A stretch of 64,000 bases of DNA from Octopus sinensis. Taxonomy: Eukaryota. The DNA lies in contig NC_043007.1 of the NCBI RefSeq assembly GCF_006345805.1, positions 33,914,001 to 33,978,000 on the forward strand, read 5' to 3'. This document shows, one piece after another, positions 1 through 12,984 of this stretch; position 1 is the stretch's first letter; each line of letters begins with the position of its first letter. The translations under genes were made by a program, and so were the position numbers. The notes below the pieces were generated by a model. That model saw only the letters and a program-made list of their open reading frames with translations, had not been told where the DNA came from and searched no databases.

Positions 1-934
1 ACAGACAGCAGGACCAGTGCTGAGATGCAGCTGGGTGCATTAATTTTCTTTCAATTCCGGATAGTGTATTTTTGGAAGCGGATCAAGTCGAAGCGGAGAA
101 AGAAAAAAATAGTCATAATAATAAGGAAATAGATCAGATAAAACATTTTAAGTAGAAAATTGAACTGATTCCCTTTTCATTTGATTCAATGCAGTCTTTG
201 GATTAAATGGAAGACAGGAAGATACAAGAGGCTAATTGGAACAAGGAAACAGAAACTTCAATCATGGAAATCTTTGAGAAATAAATGTAATAGAATCTGG
301 AAGAGAAAGAGGAAAATATAGAAAAGAAAAACGAAAAGGAGAAACCAAATAAATAAATAAACGAAGGAAATGAATTTGTAGTGTCAGGGAAAGAAATAAA
401 TTAGGTCAGCTGCCGAACCAATTTTTGCCAATGACCTCATTTGTGAAATCCAATTACAAAGGTGATAAAATATTACAGGTGATAGAATATTACAGGTGAT
501 AAAATATTTCTAAATCACGGTGTCGTTCAGCTAACGTTTCTTGTAACTAACATGAATGGCTGACTATGTAATGGTTCTTTTGTCCTTTTCCTGATTTAAT
601 ATCTAAGTGAAAATAACACTGCTACTGTTAATTACGTTGTTATTGATGCTATTCTTGCTTAGCTCCGAACAATCCCTTGTTTATTACGTTATATAATTAA
701 AGTCTTCTCCGTTGAGCTAATTACAACTGAGAAAGATCACGAAGAAAAGCATCGTTCAATATACCATTCTTTATTTTAGACGGCAGATCAGAGCCATCTT
801 AATACATTAACTGCGTCATTAAATCTTTGGTCGTTCCTGTAATGATGTTTATCATACAGCAAGAAATGGAATTGGTGTTTTCTACTTCGGCGATACTTTT
901 TCAGCATTTACTGTGGGTATTGTTTGCATATAGG

Positions 935-1247
935 GTTAAGGTTAAAGATTCTCTTCAGTCATGAATGACCACGGGATGGCACCTAGAAAGTTACCCTCCC
1001 AGGCACAAATCCAGGCAAGGTTGTTTTTAAGGAAAACCAGCAGTTGCCCATGCATACCAGCACGCCCTTTCCACGCCACCGGTATTATCCAAGGAAACGG
1101 CACAGTGACGTCGCAACACATTTATACATCTGAATGAACTGGAGCAACGTGAAATAAAGTCTGTTGCTCAAGAACACACAGCCCGGTCCGGGAATCGAAC
1201 TCACTATCTCATGATTGTGAGTCCCGTGCTCTAACCACTGAGCCATC
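935..1247 (-). mobile_element. tRNA-derived SINE (family C-related head, different tail), diverged
   Basis: Reverse complement starts GGATGGCTCAGTGGTTAGAGC...GAGTTCGATTCCCGGACCGGG (Pol III A/B boxes), followed by TGTGTTCTTGAGCAA-type central domain also seen in 55216-55540. Confidence 0.75.
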
Positions 1248-1534
1248 CATCACTAAACGTTTTTACTTTCTCTGTAAAAAGATACCTAATGAAATATGTG
1301 AAAAACTCATGAATATCTCAAAAATCGTCTCTTGTTAAATGTGCCACTACAGGTGTCTCCACTTCTTGCAGTATAAGGAGAGGATTTTTTAAAACCGTGA
1401 ATAATAAAACCGCTTTCCACAGTTAACAATTATAAAACTATGTCCGATTTCTACGTCCAGAATGTTAAAATATGGGCGCACGAGGCAGTTGCCCAAGGTC
1501 CCACGAGTCTAGGTTCCCAAAGCTAATTCATGTA

Positions 1535-1598
1535 GATTTTGAAAGAGGTCGTATTGTTGGACAATCTGGGGTTGGTCTTAGCCAGCAAAAAATTGCCG
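1535..1598 (+). mobile_element. Small Tc1 transposase N-terminal fragment
   Basis: Near match to 4361-4426 (DF[E/Q]RGRIVGQS..GLSQ.KIA), the HTH region of the Tc1 copy at 4179-4756. Confidence 0.7.
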
Positions 1599-1616
1599 CC
1601 AGTGTATAAATATATA

Positions 1617-1834
1617 TTTTTTTACTACCCACAAGGGGCTAAACATAGAGGGGACAAACAAGGACATATAAAGGGATTAAGTCGATTACATCGACCCAGT
1701 GCGAAACTGGTACTTTATTTATTGACCCCGAGAGGATGAAAGGCAAAGTCGAACTCGGCGGAATTTGAACTCAGAACGTAACGACAGAAGAAATACCGCT
1801 AAGCATTTCGCTCGGCGCTCTAACGTTTCTGCCA
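1617..1834 (-). mobile_element. SINE family B
   Basis: Reverse complement of the AAGGCGGCGAGCTGGCAGAAACGTTAGC...GAGTTCAAATTCCGCCGAGGTCGAC...GGGTAGTAAAGAAATA unit seen at 9362 and 57534. Confidence 0.88.
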
Positions 1835-2174
1835 ATATAGGGGTCTGATGGCGCTCACATATTGTAAGAGTGTTTTGCAGTGGGATATAATTTAAGGGTA
1901 CTTTACTGATATTTCCAGCAAATCGTGTATGGGTTCCCCATTGCCTTGTTATTGTTGTTGCTCTTCAGTTCCAGACCAACCCTTATCGAAAAACGTAGAG
2001 TCAAAGGCATTCCAGCTGTATCTTTCACGTCTGTTCGTAATTACTAAAACTACATTTTCTAATGTATTCTCCAGTTACGTAAGACTATAGTTCGTGATTC
2101 AAGGAATATTTTGCAGCTAATTCTAGTATATCGAAAAGCTAAACAGGTAGCTCCTCATTATTATTGTTATTGTT

Positions 2175-2340
2175 AAGGCGGCGAGCTGGCAGAAACGTTA
2201 GCACGCCGGGTAAAATTCTTAGCGGTATTTCGCCCGGCGCTATGTTCTGAGTTCGAATTCCACTGAAGTCGATTTTGACTTTCTTTCGAGATCGATATAT
2301 TAAGTACCAGTGAAATAATGTGGTTGATTTAATCGACACA
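2175..2340 (+). mobile_element. SINE family B, 3'-diverged/truncated
   Basis: AAGGCGGCGAGCTGGCAGAAACGTTAGCACGCCGGG...TGAGTTCGAATTCC head. Confidence 0.8.
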
Positions 2341-2383
2341 TCCCCACCCCCCAAAAATGGCTGCCCGTACTCTCTCTCTCTCG

Positions 2384-2873
2384 TTTACTCTTTTACTTGT
2401 ATAGGTCAGTTGACTGCGGCCATGCTGGTGCAACGCCTTTAGTCGAGCAAATCAACCCCAGGACTTATTCTTTGTAAGCCTAGTACTTATTCTATCGGTC
2501 TCTCTAGCCGAACCGCTAATTGAGGGGGACGTAATCACACCAGCATCGGTTGTTGGGGGGAGGGGAACAAACACACACACACACAGACATATATATAGTA
2601 GGTACTGTAAATTTAGAGTGAATACTTGATAAGTGTAAGCACCTGTATATGCCAGATAGTGGCAGAGATGAGAGAGTATGTGCTCTGTTTTTAATTTATA
2701 TACATATATACGACGGGTTTCTTTCAGTTTCCGTCTACCAAATCCTCCCGCAAGGCTTTGGTCGGCCCGAGGCTATAGTAAAAAACCCTTGTTCAAGGTG
2801 ACACGCAGTGGGACTGAACAGGGAACCATGTGATTGGTAAGCAAGCTACTTACCACACAGCCACTCCTGCGCC
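2384..2873 (-). mobile_element. SINE family A with ~100-bp insertion in its internal microsatellite
   Basis: Reverse complement of GGCGCAGGAGTGGCTGTGTGGTAAGTAGCTTG...CAAGTAAAAGAGTAAA; non-consensus sequence at ~2598-2700 inside the (TA)n. Confidence 0.88.
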
Positions 2874-3148
2874 CTTGTGGTAAAATTTTCCGCCATTATT
2901 ATTTTTTATTGTTGTTGCCTGCTTCAGATTCCCCAAAATCGAGAAAACACGAATCAATGGTATAACAACTACGAACATTTCGTCTTCTCGGTAAGCGAGG
3001 AATATATTGTCCAATTTTTTTCCTCCTAAAATGAAAACATTATGGCCTGATTTGAGGCAGATTTGACTACTATTTCTAACCGATTCTCTCTCGTTATGAA
3101 TTATTATCAAAGGATTATACTTTCAACAAATCCAGCCCTTTTGTTAAA

Positions 3149-3642
3149 TCTTTATATATAAAAGTCAAGTTGTGTGTCTGTCTCCTACGATTTAGATTCC
3201 TAACTACTCCCACATTTTGCGGTGCAGTTTAACCAAAACCGGGTATCTTATAGTCGTGATTTATATCGAGCCCTTTTGGGTATTACCGCGCGTCTACGAT
3301 GAGTCTACGATTTTAAAAATAATTTACCATCATCTTTTTCTATTTTAATGCATATTTTTTTAATATAAGGGAAGTAACTCTCTAAAAATGTCTACGATGA
3401 GTCAACGATTTAAAAAAAAAATTACCATCATTTTTTTCCATTTTAATGCATTTTTTCGCTATTATATAAGGGAAGTAACTCTCTAAAAATGTCTACGAAG
3501 AGCCAACGATTTAAAAAAATTTACCATCATTTCTTTTCCATTTTTAATGCATTTTTTTGCTACTTTTTGGCTATAACTCTCTAAAAATGCTTATATAGTT
3601 ATTTCCCTTACAAACCCGAGCAACGCCGGGCAATAATGCTAG
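3149..3642 (+). mobile_element. Non-autonomous Helitron (family D)
   Basis: A|TC start (TCTTTATATATAAAAG), subterminal hairpin CCCGAGCAACGCCGGG, CTAG|T end; three internal ~95-bp tandem units. Confidence 0.88.
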
Positions 3643-4178
3643 TTATAAATACAAAGAAAGTAGCGAGGATTTCGATAAAACCATTTCTTTAACACTTTTT
3701 GTACTTTTCGGAGATTCATGATAAACCATCAAAGTGACAACAGCGCTAAATAAATAGTTTTTATCAAAATGCTGAATACCTTACTTCAAACGCACACACA
3801 AACACGCACTCATATAAAAACACGCGGACGTACACACACAAATATACACATATGTACACATATACACACACTCATACATATATACATACATACATATATA
3901 CATACATACACACACACAAAAACGCGTGCACACACGCACATACGTTAACACGTAATAAAACAGACTCTATAGAGACTGGTTGAGGTCCGTGTCGGTAAGA
4001 CCTGTACTATTTTAGCAAAATCGATGAGTACAAAATCGATAAGATGAGTACAGTAGAATCGCCGTGGGGGTGGAAGAATAATTTCTTTATCAACTGTCAA
4101 ATTTTTTCCGGAAGGTCGGATATTCAACTCCTCACGACAAGTTCACTGTACACAATTTAGCCATTTTAGTAATATATA

Positions 4179-4756
4179 CACAGACATGCAGGAAGTAAAT
4201 AGACACCTTTAATTTTCAAAATTTCTGATCTAAGCGCCTTAATATGTTTTCAGCAGTGTAGAATTTACAATGTAATTATTCTTTTTCATTCCAGGTGCCA
4301 TTATATTAAACATTTGCGAAGAGTAACCGTGCCACGCACAAGAAATTCAGCAGAACTGTCAGATTTTCAAAGAGGTCGTATTTTTGGGGCAATCTGAGGC
4401 TGGTCTTAGCCAGCGAAAAATTGCCGAAAATTTTCAAATTCCTCTTGCTACTGTCAATAGAATTATAGTGCAATTCAAATGCCAAGGAAAAGAATCAACA
4501 GATTCTCGTCCCGGCCGACCTGGGCCCTCAAAAAGAAGCTTCGCTGTTTGAAGAGAATTGTGGAAAATGAACCTCGTTCGAAGTCTTCGGACATTGCAAT
4601 ACAGCTAGAAGTTAGTCCAAGAACGTGTGTTATATATCTACATAAACTTGGGTATTATGGACGAACAGCTAGAAGAAAACATCTCCTTCAATCAATTAAT
4701 ATCAAATAAAATATTTTGAAAATTAAATGTGTCTATTTACTTCCAGCATGTCATTG
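4179..4756 (+). mobile_element. Internally deleted Tc1-like DNA transposon
   Basis: ~45-bp TIRs (CACAGACATGCAGGAAGTAAATAGACAC... / ...GTGTCTATTTACTTCCAGCATGTCATTG), TA on both sides; frameshifted transposase N-terminus PRTRNSAELSDFQRGRI...LSQRKIA...RPGRP...LHKLGYYGRTARRK; catalytic domain absent. Confidence 0.9.
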
Positions 4757-4886
4757 TATATACATATATGTGTGTGTTTGTGTGTGTGTGTGTGTGTGTG
4801 TATGTGTGTGTGCGTGCGTGTGTGTGTCTGTGTGTGTATGTCTCTGTGTGTGTGTACGTGTGTGTGTGCACGTGTGTGTGTGTGTA

Positions 4887-6113
4887 CAGGGTGTGGTGAA
4901 TAAATTCTGGTCTAAATTATGCAAAAATGAAAATAACACTGACATCTCATGTTAACAGATATATTTACCAAAGTTACATTAAAATATCTTGAAATTCTAA
5001 CGCGTAGCTTTATTCAATAAAATCGCCATTGGCTTTAACTACGGCCTCCAGACGACTGCGGAATCTCTTCCAACTCTTCTGGACGGTCTCCTTGTTTAAG
5101 TTGGTGAATGCTGCCATAATCCTTGCCTGCAGTTCATCATTTGTGTTACAAGGCGTTCTGTAGGACTCTCGCCCAACTGCGCCCCTCACATAATAATCAT
5201 GGGGGATGCAGTCTGGAGAGGTAGGTAGCCAGATGTTAGGAGTGATGTGGTCGCAGAAATTATCTGACAGCCATGACTGGCTTCTTCTACGTGTGTGGCA
5301 TGGTGCAGAGTTCTGTTGCTAGACATTAGGTCTTCGAGCAATCATCCTCTTCACCCAGGGCAGTACTATCTGCACCAAGCATTTGATGTAGGCCTCTGTG
5401 TTGAATGTGAGGCTGTGTGTGAAGATGAATGGAGACATAACGTCACCATCACTACTGATCACCCTAAACACTATGACGTTAACTGGATGTTTGATTTTTA
5501 TCACTCTTGGCAGACCCTGGCAGAAATTTTTCTCGTCTGAGAAAAGCCAAATCATCTTCGGTTGGAGAAGATGCTTCGTAGCTGTCTTTCCGTTTGTCCT
5601 TTATGGCTTGGGCTAAAAATTGGCCCTCTCCCATCTTGTATGAGGAATACGAAAGGTCTTCATGCACTACCTACCTGAGAACAAACATAGACACTCCCAT
5701 ATCCCTGGCGATGGACGTGATTGACTTGGAGGGATCGCTGATAATCGTGGCCTGAATCTCACCAACAAATCCGGGAGTTCTTTTCTCATCAGAACGATTA
5801 AGTTTTCCGAGCTGCCGTACCTTCGTAATCACCATTACACTCAGCTAAGTGTTTCTGAATCATCTGCACTGTCCTCAGGTTCATACCCAAACATTCCGAA
5901 ATGTTTTTGTTGGAGCTTCCGGTGCGAATGCTAAGCAGTACAGCATATCCTTTCCCAATTTCTAGCAGAGTGACTTGCGTCATGGGGCTGTTTTTCTCAC
6001 AGATGGTGCTCAACTGACCCTACTATACTTCGTAATCGATAAAATCAAAAACAAGCAATGCGCATGAGCGGAATTAAAAATATAAAATGGCAACAATTTA
6101 CCCATCCAATCTG
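4887..6113 (-). mobile_element. Decayed Tc1/mariner-superfamily transposon, DD37D (maT-like)
   Basis: Minus-strand pieces: HTH (5798-6013), IWLFSDEKNF, then QQ(N)SAPCHT...WLPTSPDCIPHDYY with 37 residues between the second (D>N) and third catalytic positions, ending RLEAVVKANGDFIE*; TA-CAGGGTG terminus at 4887; other terminus degenerate. Confidence 0.85.
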
Positions 6114-6149
6114 TGTATTTGTGTGTGTGTATATATATATATATATATA

Positions 6150-6198
<49 letters not shown>

Positions 6199-6201
<3 letters not shown>

Positions 6202-6545
6202 ATTCTTTTATTCTTTCACGTGTTTCAGTCATTTTACTTCGGCCATGCTGGAGCACCGCCTTTAGTCGAACAAATAGACCCCGGGACTTATTCTTTGTAA
6301 GCATAGTACTTATTGTATCGGTCTCTTTCGCCGAACCGCTAGGAACGTAAACACAACAGAATCGGTTGTCAAGCGATGTTAGGGGAACAAATACAGACAA
6401 AAAAACACATACACGCACAGATATACAAATATAGATATACATATACGACCGGCTTCTTCCAGTTTCCGTCTACGAAATCCACTCACAAAGATTTGGTCGG
6501 TTCGAGGCTACACTTGCGGAAGATGAACCCAGAACCATGTTTTCG
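6199..6545 (-). mobile_element. SINE family A, 5'-degenerate
   Basis: GGCCATGCTGGAGCACCGCCTTTAGTCG...CAGTTTCCGTCTAC matches family A minus strand. Confidence 0.8.
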
Positions 6546-7384
6546 CGAAGAAACCACATGAGCGACACACTCATGCGAAGTCGAGGGTAGCCGAACGTCA
6601 TCGCTTCCGTATTTAGCTACATGTCTCACTATGATCGGCTTTGTCTTTCATCTCGGTATCCATTAACATGAATACCAGCCAATCCCTACTATCATCATCA
6701 TCGACTTTAATCATCACCAAAAATGAACGGTTTTGCGTCATTCAGTTGTGTCTCAAACAATCTGCGTTCAATCTCTGCCGGAGTTGATTTTGTTTTTTGA
6801 TTCTTTTTGTTATTTCATGTAGTTCAATAAAAATAAGTACCAATCAAATTCGATCGACAATATACTGGGTGTGCCAATGTAATTGACTGTAAGCCCGTCA
6901 ATAGAATTTCGTGTGTTTGTGACAATTATCGTTTTATAAAAAGAAAGACTAGTTGTAGTCGATTACGTCAATCACAGATTTTCCCTCTCTGAATAACTGC
7001 CGGCCGCCATTTTGTTGCTAGTAACTATCTTTGAAGGTATTACCGTTGTTGCTGTTGTTTATAAAGTATTGATGGCGATGATGATGGTGAGGATTATGAT
7101 GACTGTTATAGTAATGTTATTGCTGAGATTGCTGTTATTCATGCCATTGTGATGTTTCCGCTTTTTCAATGATTCTTACATTTATCTTTCGCTCTCCTTC
7201 TCTTTATTATTCTTCTCTCCTTTTTTTCTCACTCTCTTCTTTCGTCTTACGCCTACTTCTTTTATCTATTCCGCTAACATGGTTCTTCTATTCACAATTC
7301 CTTGCCCACTTTATTTAAAAGACTCCTTTCTACTTACAAATCCTACAATTGTGTGGGACAACCTACAAAAACACGGAAATTTAC

Positions 7385-7423
<39 letters not shown>

Positions 7424-8264
7424 TATATATATAATATATAACGAAAAAAAAGAGGGAGAGGGAAAAGAAGGCTAGAAAGAAAGAAGAAAATGGCGACTGA
7501 GAACCAAAAGTGTTTTCCATGTCACAATAATTCAGAAACGCTATAATCTGAATAGTACAATGAGGGGGCTTTTCTTTCTAGATTCGTCTAATATTTGTTC
7601 CTTCATAATAAACGACAAAAAGCGTTCGTGTTTAGTGGTGTAATAATAACAGATAAACACAAAGGCGTTTCTTTGAAGAAGAAAAAAACACCCACACACA
7701 TATACTTAGACACACACGGACATTTTTGTTTTTGCTTTCCGCCATTTTTATTATGTTTTTTTTTTCGTTTTGCTTTACTTTATTGACTGTTTATCCTTTT
7801 ATAATTCTTCTTAAATATTGTATTTCGTATAATTCCATTTTCGACCATCATGATCACCATCGCTATCATCATCATCATCATCATCATCATAGTCATCAGC
7901 ATCATCATCATTATCATCATCATCATCATCGTCGTCGTCGTCGTCGTTGTCGTCGTTGTTATTCTTGTTATAATTTTCATTTATTTATTTATTTATTCAT
8001 TCATTTATTTATTTTCTTTTGTGCTTATCAAATAGTCACTTTTTACAAGTTTATTCATTTACGCAACTTTGTTCAGTAACTAGTCTAAGTCAATGAATTG
8101 CGGCCACGCAGTTGCTATCGCCGCCTTTAAGAATATAAATTTGGTTATACAAACCATTTTCCTGTATACTAAGCACTTATTTTTTCTTGGCTTAGGTCGA
8201 AATAACACAATTGACCAGAACAGAAATTGAACAGAAAACATAAAGTGAAAGACTTTATGCTTTA

Positions 8265-8645
8265 CTAGCAGTATCGCCCGGCGTTGCTCGGGTTTGTAAG
8301 GGAAATAACTATAAAGCATTTTTAGAGAGTTATAGCCAAAAAATAGCAAAAAATGCATTAAAAATGGAAAAAATATGATGGTAAATTTTTTTTTAAATCG
8401 TTGACTCATCGTAGAGATTTTCAGAGAGTTACTTCCCTTATATTTAAAAAGATATGCATTAAAATGGAAAAGAATGATGGTAAATTATTTTTAAAATAGT
8501 AGACTCATCGTAGACGAGAAGGGCTCGATATGAATCACGACTATAAGATACCCGGTTTTGGTTAAACTGCACCGCAAAATGTGGGAGTAGTTAGGAATCT
8601 AAATCGGAGTAGACAGACACACAACCTTACTTTTATATATAAAGA
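8265..8645 (-). mobile_element. Non-autonomous Helitron (family D), downstream unit of a tandem
   Basis: CTAGCAGTATCGCCCGGCGTTGCTCGGG at 8265 and TTTTATATATAAAGA at 8645 (minus strand TC...CTAG). Confidence 0.88.
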
Positions 8646-9153
8646 CTAGCAGTATCGCCCGGCGTTGCTCGGGTTTGTAAGGGAAATAACTATATAAGCA
8701 TTTTTAGAGAGTTACTTCCCTTATATTTGCCAATTCGGGCTTTCTTAGCCATTTCTGTTTTGGTGTCTTCAAGCCATGAAGTCGTTCTAAAAGAACGCTG
8801 GTCTCCTTGACAACGCTTTACGACGTTGATTTCCTTACACTCCCTTCCCCACAGCTTCACGAGGGAGGGAAGAAGGGGAAGAAGCAACAGGTGCAGGTGT
8901 GACCATGGACGCCAACTCCGCCGCCATCGACACACGAAAAATTATGCATTAAAATGGAATAAAAAATGATGTTAAATATTTTTAAAATCGTAGACTCATC
9001 GTAGACGCGCGCTAATACTCAGACGGGCTCGATATGAATCACGACTATAAGATACCCGAATTTGGTTAAACTGCACCGCAAAATGTGGGAGTAGTTAGGA
9101 ATCTAAATCGAAGGGGACAGACACTCACACAACTACAGTTTTATATATATAGA
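8646..9153 (-). mobile_element. Non-autonomous Helitron (family D variant with GC-rich internal segment)
   Basis: Same termini; abuts the previous copy with no spacer; internal 8760-8935 shared with 46335-46512. Confidence 0.88.
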
Positions 9154-9361
9154 TATCACTGCTTATTTTTTCCGACATTCAAACGAATCTGGAATGCGAC
9201 GCGCTATTTCTAGTGTGTCGCCTTCGTTGAATTGTCGACATCGCATTCGTCGTTATCGTCCTTGCGTCGTCTTCATCGTCGTTGGTGACGTCATTGGCGT
9301 CGTCGACGTAGTTGTAGTCGTGGACGTCTTTGTATTCGTCGACGTCGGTATAGTGGTCATT

Positions 9362-9666
9362 AAGGCGGCGAGCTGGCAGAAACGTTAGCACGCCGTGCGA
9401 AATGCTTAGCGGTATTTCGCCTGCCGCTACGTTCTGAGTTCAAATTCTGCCGAGGTCGACTTTGCCTTTCATCCTTTCGGGGTCGATTAAATAAGTACCA
9501 GTCACGCACTGGGGTCAATATAATCGACTTAATCCGTTTGTCTGTCCTTGTTTGTCCTCTCTCTGTTTAGCCCCTTGTGGGTAGTAAAGAAATAGGTATT
9601 TCGCCTGCCGCTACGTTCTGAGTTCAAATTCCGCCGAGGTCGACTTTGCCTTTCATCCTTTCGGGG
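9362..9666 (+). mobile_element. SINE family B, full unit plus partial second unit
   Basis: Full unit 9362-9597, then restart at GGTATTTCGCCTGCCGCTACG. Confidence 0.9.
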
Positions 9667-9703
9667 ATGGTGGTGGTGGTAGCAGTAATAATAATAATAA
9701 TAA

Positions 9704-9747
<44 letters not shown>

Positions 9748-9909
9748 TTTGTTGTTTTAACTGTTCCGCTCCAATAGTTCCTTCGCTATAAAAGTCATGA
9801 TGAAAGACATTCCAGCAGTGACCATCAAGTATTTTGCTTTTCAACTTAGTTTACTATCTATATCTATAGTATAAACAGTATGTATGTGTGTGTGTATGTG
9901 CACATAGAG

Positions 9910-9910
<1 letters not shown>

Positions 9911-9967
<57 letters not shown>

Positions 9968-10038
9968 ATAAATAAATATATAGATAAATAGATAGATAGA
10001 TAAATAGATAGATGTATGGATAGATCTATGGATAGATA
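9911..10038. repeat. (GATA)n microsatellite, flank of LINE 3' end
   Basis: Direct observation. Confidence 0.95.
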
Positions 10039-12930
10039 AGTTTCTTTATTGGCCACACAGGGCTGCACACAGATGGGACAAGTTACAAGGTAGAGCTTTT
10101 CTTTTGGGGGATGAAAAAACAAAAAACAAAAGAAAAAAATAATAATAAATAAATAAAATAAAAAATAAAAAGAATGAAAAAAAAAGAAAAGGAAAAGGAA
10201 CAAAAGAAAAGAGAAATGAAAAAAGAAGAAAAAAGGGGAAAAAAGGGGAAGAGGAAAAAAAAGAACGATCAATAGGGATCGTGTATCACAGTGTTATGAT
10301 ACATGGTGTAAAGGGGAAAGCAAGTAAGGTTTATCCGTGGCAAGAAAAGCCTACGAAAAAGACCACGGTAACCTTGGTCAATATTGTTATATGTTACCAC
10401 ATTTGTTTGCAAGTGGGTAACCCTCTGTTTTCAATTCCTGGGTTCATAGGATTATGCTCAAGGTGACTTCGTCATTCATACGTGCCATCCTTGCTACATT
10501 CACCCATCTTTTTTTAAAACATTCGCTAGACAAAACTTGCCTCTCTACTCTCACTTTCCTTTTCAAGTGGTACTTGAAGAAGTTGATGAGAGATTGACCA
10601 GAGAGGAAAGTGTTTGTCTCCAATCCTTTCAGACGCGTCCACCAGATACATTCTTTCGCCATAGCCACAAGGATGATGAAAATAGCTCTTCCGTCCCGGT
10701 TGAAGGAAGGAGGTGTGACAATATTGACAATAGACTCAGCTGATAAACCGACTCGTCCCACACGTGACAGCAGTTGTTCGACACAAGCCCACAAGTCGTA
10801 AATTGTTGGACACTGCACGAGTGCGTGCAGAACGGTTTCGTCGCTCTGACCGCATCTCGGGCAGGTCGGCTCCGTGTTTCTCGAGCCGTGTCTGTAGAGC
10901 TTATCCCGAACGGGTAGCGCTTCTCGGTAACACTGCCAGGCCAGGGATCTCTGGAAGTTGTCCATGGGCCTTGGCCCGAAAGTCGTCCTGAACAGGGGGG
11001 TCAGGTATTCCTCGTCGACGTCCAGGTTCGCCTCGAGCTCGCCGTCGTACCTCCCCTCCACTAATCCCCCAATAGAATGCTTTGGTTGTGTTGAAGTCAC
11101 TCAAGGTCGACCCAGGACGGCAGGGTTGCTTGAGAGCAACGCGACACTCGCGGTGCCATTCGCCCTTCCTCGGCCTCTTTTTGATCCACGACTGCAGTTC
11201 GGTCATGGAGACGAGCCGCGAGAAAGCGTGCCTCACAGACAGCGACCACACCTGTTCACCGTCGTCTACATAGAGCCAGAGATGTCGCAGTCTCAGCGCG
11301 TGTCTGCGCATCATCAACCACGACATGCCCAGCCCTCCTTTTAACGGGTGTTGACAGCAAATGGATCGCCTGACCATCGGGACGCATCCTTTCCACAACA
11401 AGCGAAAGAGAATGCGTTGTAGTTTGGTGAGGGTTGGGTCGGGACAAGGTACGACGGTCAGGCGGTAGTAGATGACGGACGCGATGTACGTGTTCGCCAC
11501 CTCCGCCCGACCTTTTAGGGACAGTTTCCTCTCGGCCCATTGCCGGGGGAGAGTGACCACCCTACTCGTTATCTCGTTCCAGTTCTTCTCCACTTGGAGG
11601 TCCGGACCAAACCAGACCCCGAGCAACTCAACCGGGCCGTCGGTCCAGCGTCCCACGACGAAGGCGCTGGTGGACGGCATGGGCTTGCTTCTCCAGGTGC
11701 CTAGTCGCAAGCCCACTGACTTTTCCCGGTTGATTTTCGCTCCTGTCACCGCTTCGTAGTTTTTCAGTGTCTCGCCGAACTGCTCGATGTGCTCGTGGCT
11801 AGACACTATGACGATGACTCGTCCGCGTATGCAGACACGCTCGTCCCGCATCCCAGTTTCGCGGATGCCCCTCAAAGTTGCCAGCTTCCGCAATAATGGC
11901 TCGAGAGACAATACGTATAGAAGCGACGAGAGGGGGCATCCCTGACGGAACCGAACGTGCGATGCCGAAGGGTCTCGATAGATGTCCATTCACGCGAATT
12001 AACCGAACGGATGCCTCTGTACAAAGCGGCTATCCAGCCGCGGAAGACGGGACCGAAGCCAGCCGCTCTGAGGACCGCCTCCAAGTATCGATGGTCTACC
12101 AACCCCATCGAAAGCTTTCGATTGATCCAAATTGATCAGCGCTCCACCCATGCAAGGTTCGTTAACTACCCTGTCTATGATGTAGCGCATCAGGTGGAGG
12201 TTGTCATGGATGGTCCGGCCTGGCACGGCGCATGTTTGCGCCTTGTCGACCAGTTTCTCGATGACAAGCGCCAACCTCTTGGCTAGCACCTAGGCCAAAA
12301 TTTTCAAGTTTGCATTAAGCAGAGTGATGGGCCTAAAGTTATCTATTACACTTCCCTTGTTTAGATCTTTCTTCAGCAGTGTTACGGCTCCTCGGCTCAC
12401 AAAACCAGGAATGTTCCCGTTTTGCTGCCAGTTGCAGTACACCGCCGCCAAGAGATCTCCAAACAAGTCTGGCATACAATTGTAAAGCTCGTAGGGTAGA
12501 CCATCCAAACCCGGTGATTTGTCCCTCGAGCATTCTGCCATCGCGTCCTGCACTTCCGCCGCCGTGATGGCACCTTCACAGCACCCTGCCTTTCTTGTCG
12601 AGAGTCGTGGTAGGCTATGTAGGTAGGCACTGAAGTCTACCCTACGTTCTTGCCCTCCACTCGTCCCGAACAGACTGAAAGGCCTCACACATTTTACTTA
12701 GCTCGAGCAATTCGCGCCCCTGTTCATCTACCAGGGACCGAATGGTGACTTTGTTGCCCTGTTGCGCCTCTGCCACCCGGGCCTCTCTCGCGGCTCCAAC
12801 ACTTTCGTTCCTCAGAGCACGCATCCTAGCTCTGACAGCACATCCTTCGTGTTTGGCGTTGAAGTGTTGGTCGAGGGCCAACCTCGCCACCAAAACGTCG
12901 GATGTGATGCCGCTTCTAATTGCCTCTTCT
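10039..12930 (-). mobile_element. 5'-truncated L1/Tx1-type non-LTR retrotransposon (frameshifted ORF2 plus 3' UTR)
   Basis: Overlapping minus ORFs give KSPGLDGLPYE, NFRPITLLN, LDQSKAFD, RQGCPLS, YAD(D) at ~11818-11829 (1-bp deletion), GAKINREKS, ERKLSLKGR, GGLG, C-terminal zinc knuckle CPRCGQSDETVLHALVQC; stop at 10444; AATAAA at 10045-10050 on the minus strand; no endonuclease domain. Confidence 0.93.
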
Positions 12931-12938
12931 AGATAGAT

Positions 12939-12984
<46 letters not shown>

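Noticed and set aside
461-508. 17-bp tandem repeat x3 (GGTGATAAAATATTACA)
   Set aside because: Ordinary local slippage duplication
3292-3590. Regularly spaced ~95-bp repeats resembling an array
   Set aside because: Internal tandem units of a Helitron; no unique spacers and eukaryotic context, so not CRISPR
7000-7750. Cluster of YY1-like CCGCCATTTT motifs (also ~63777)
   Set aside because: Short motifs with no associated gene or other promoter evidence
7726-8079. His/Arg-rich ORF (also 51694-52305 and 15811-16251)
   Set aside because: Trinucleotide microsatellites (CAT/CGT/TAT), not coding
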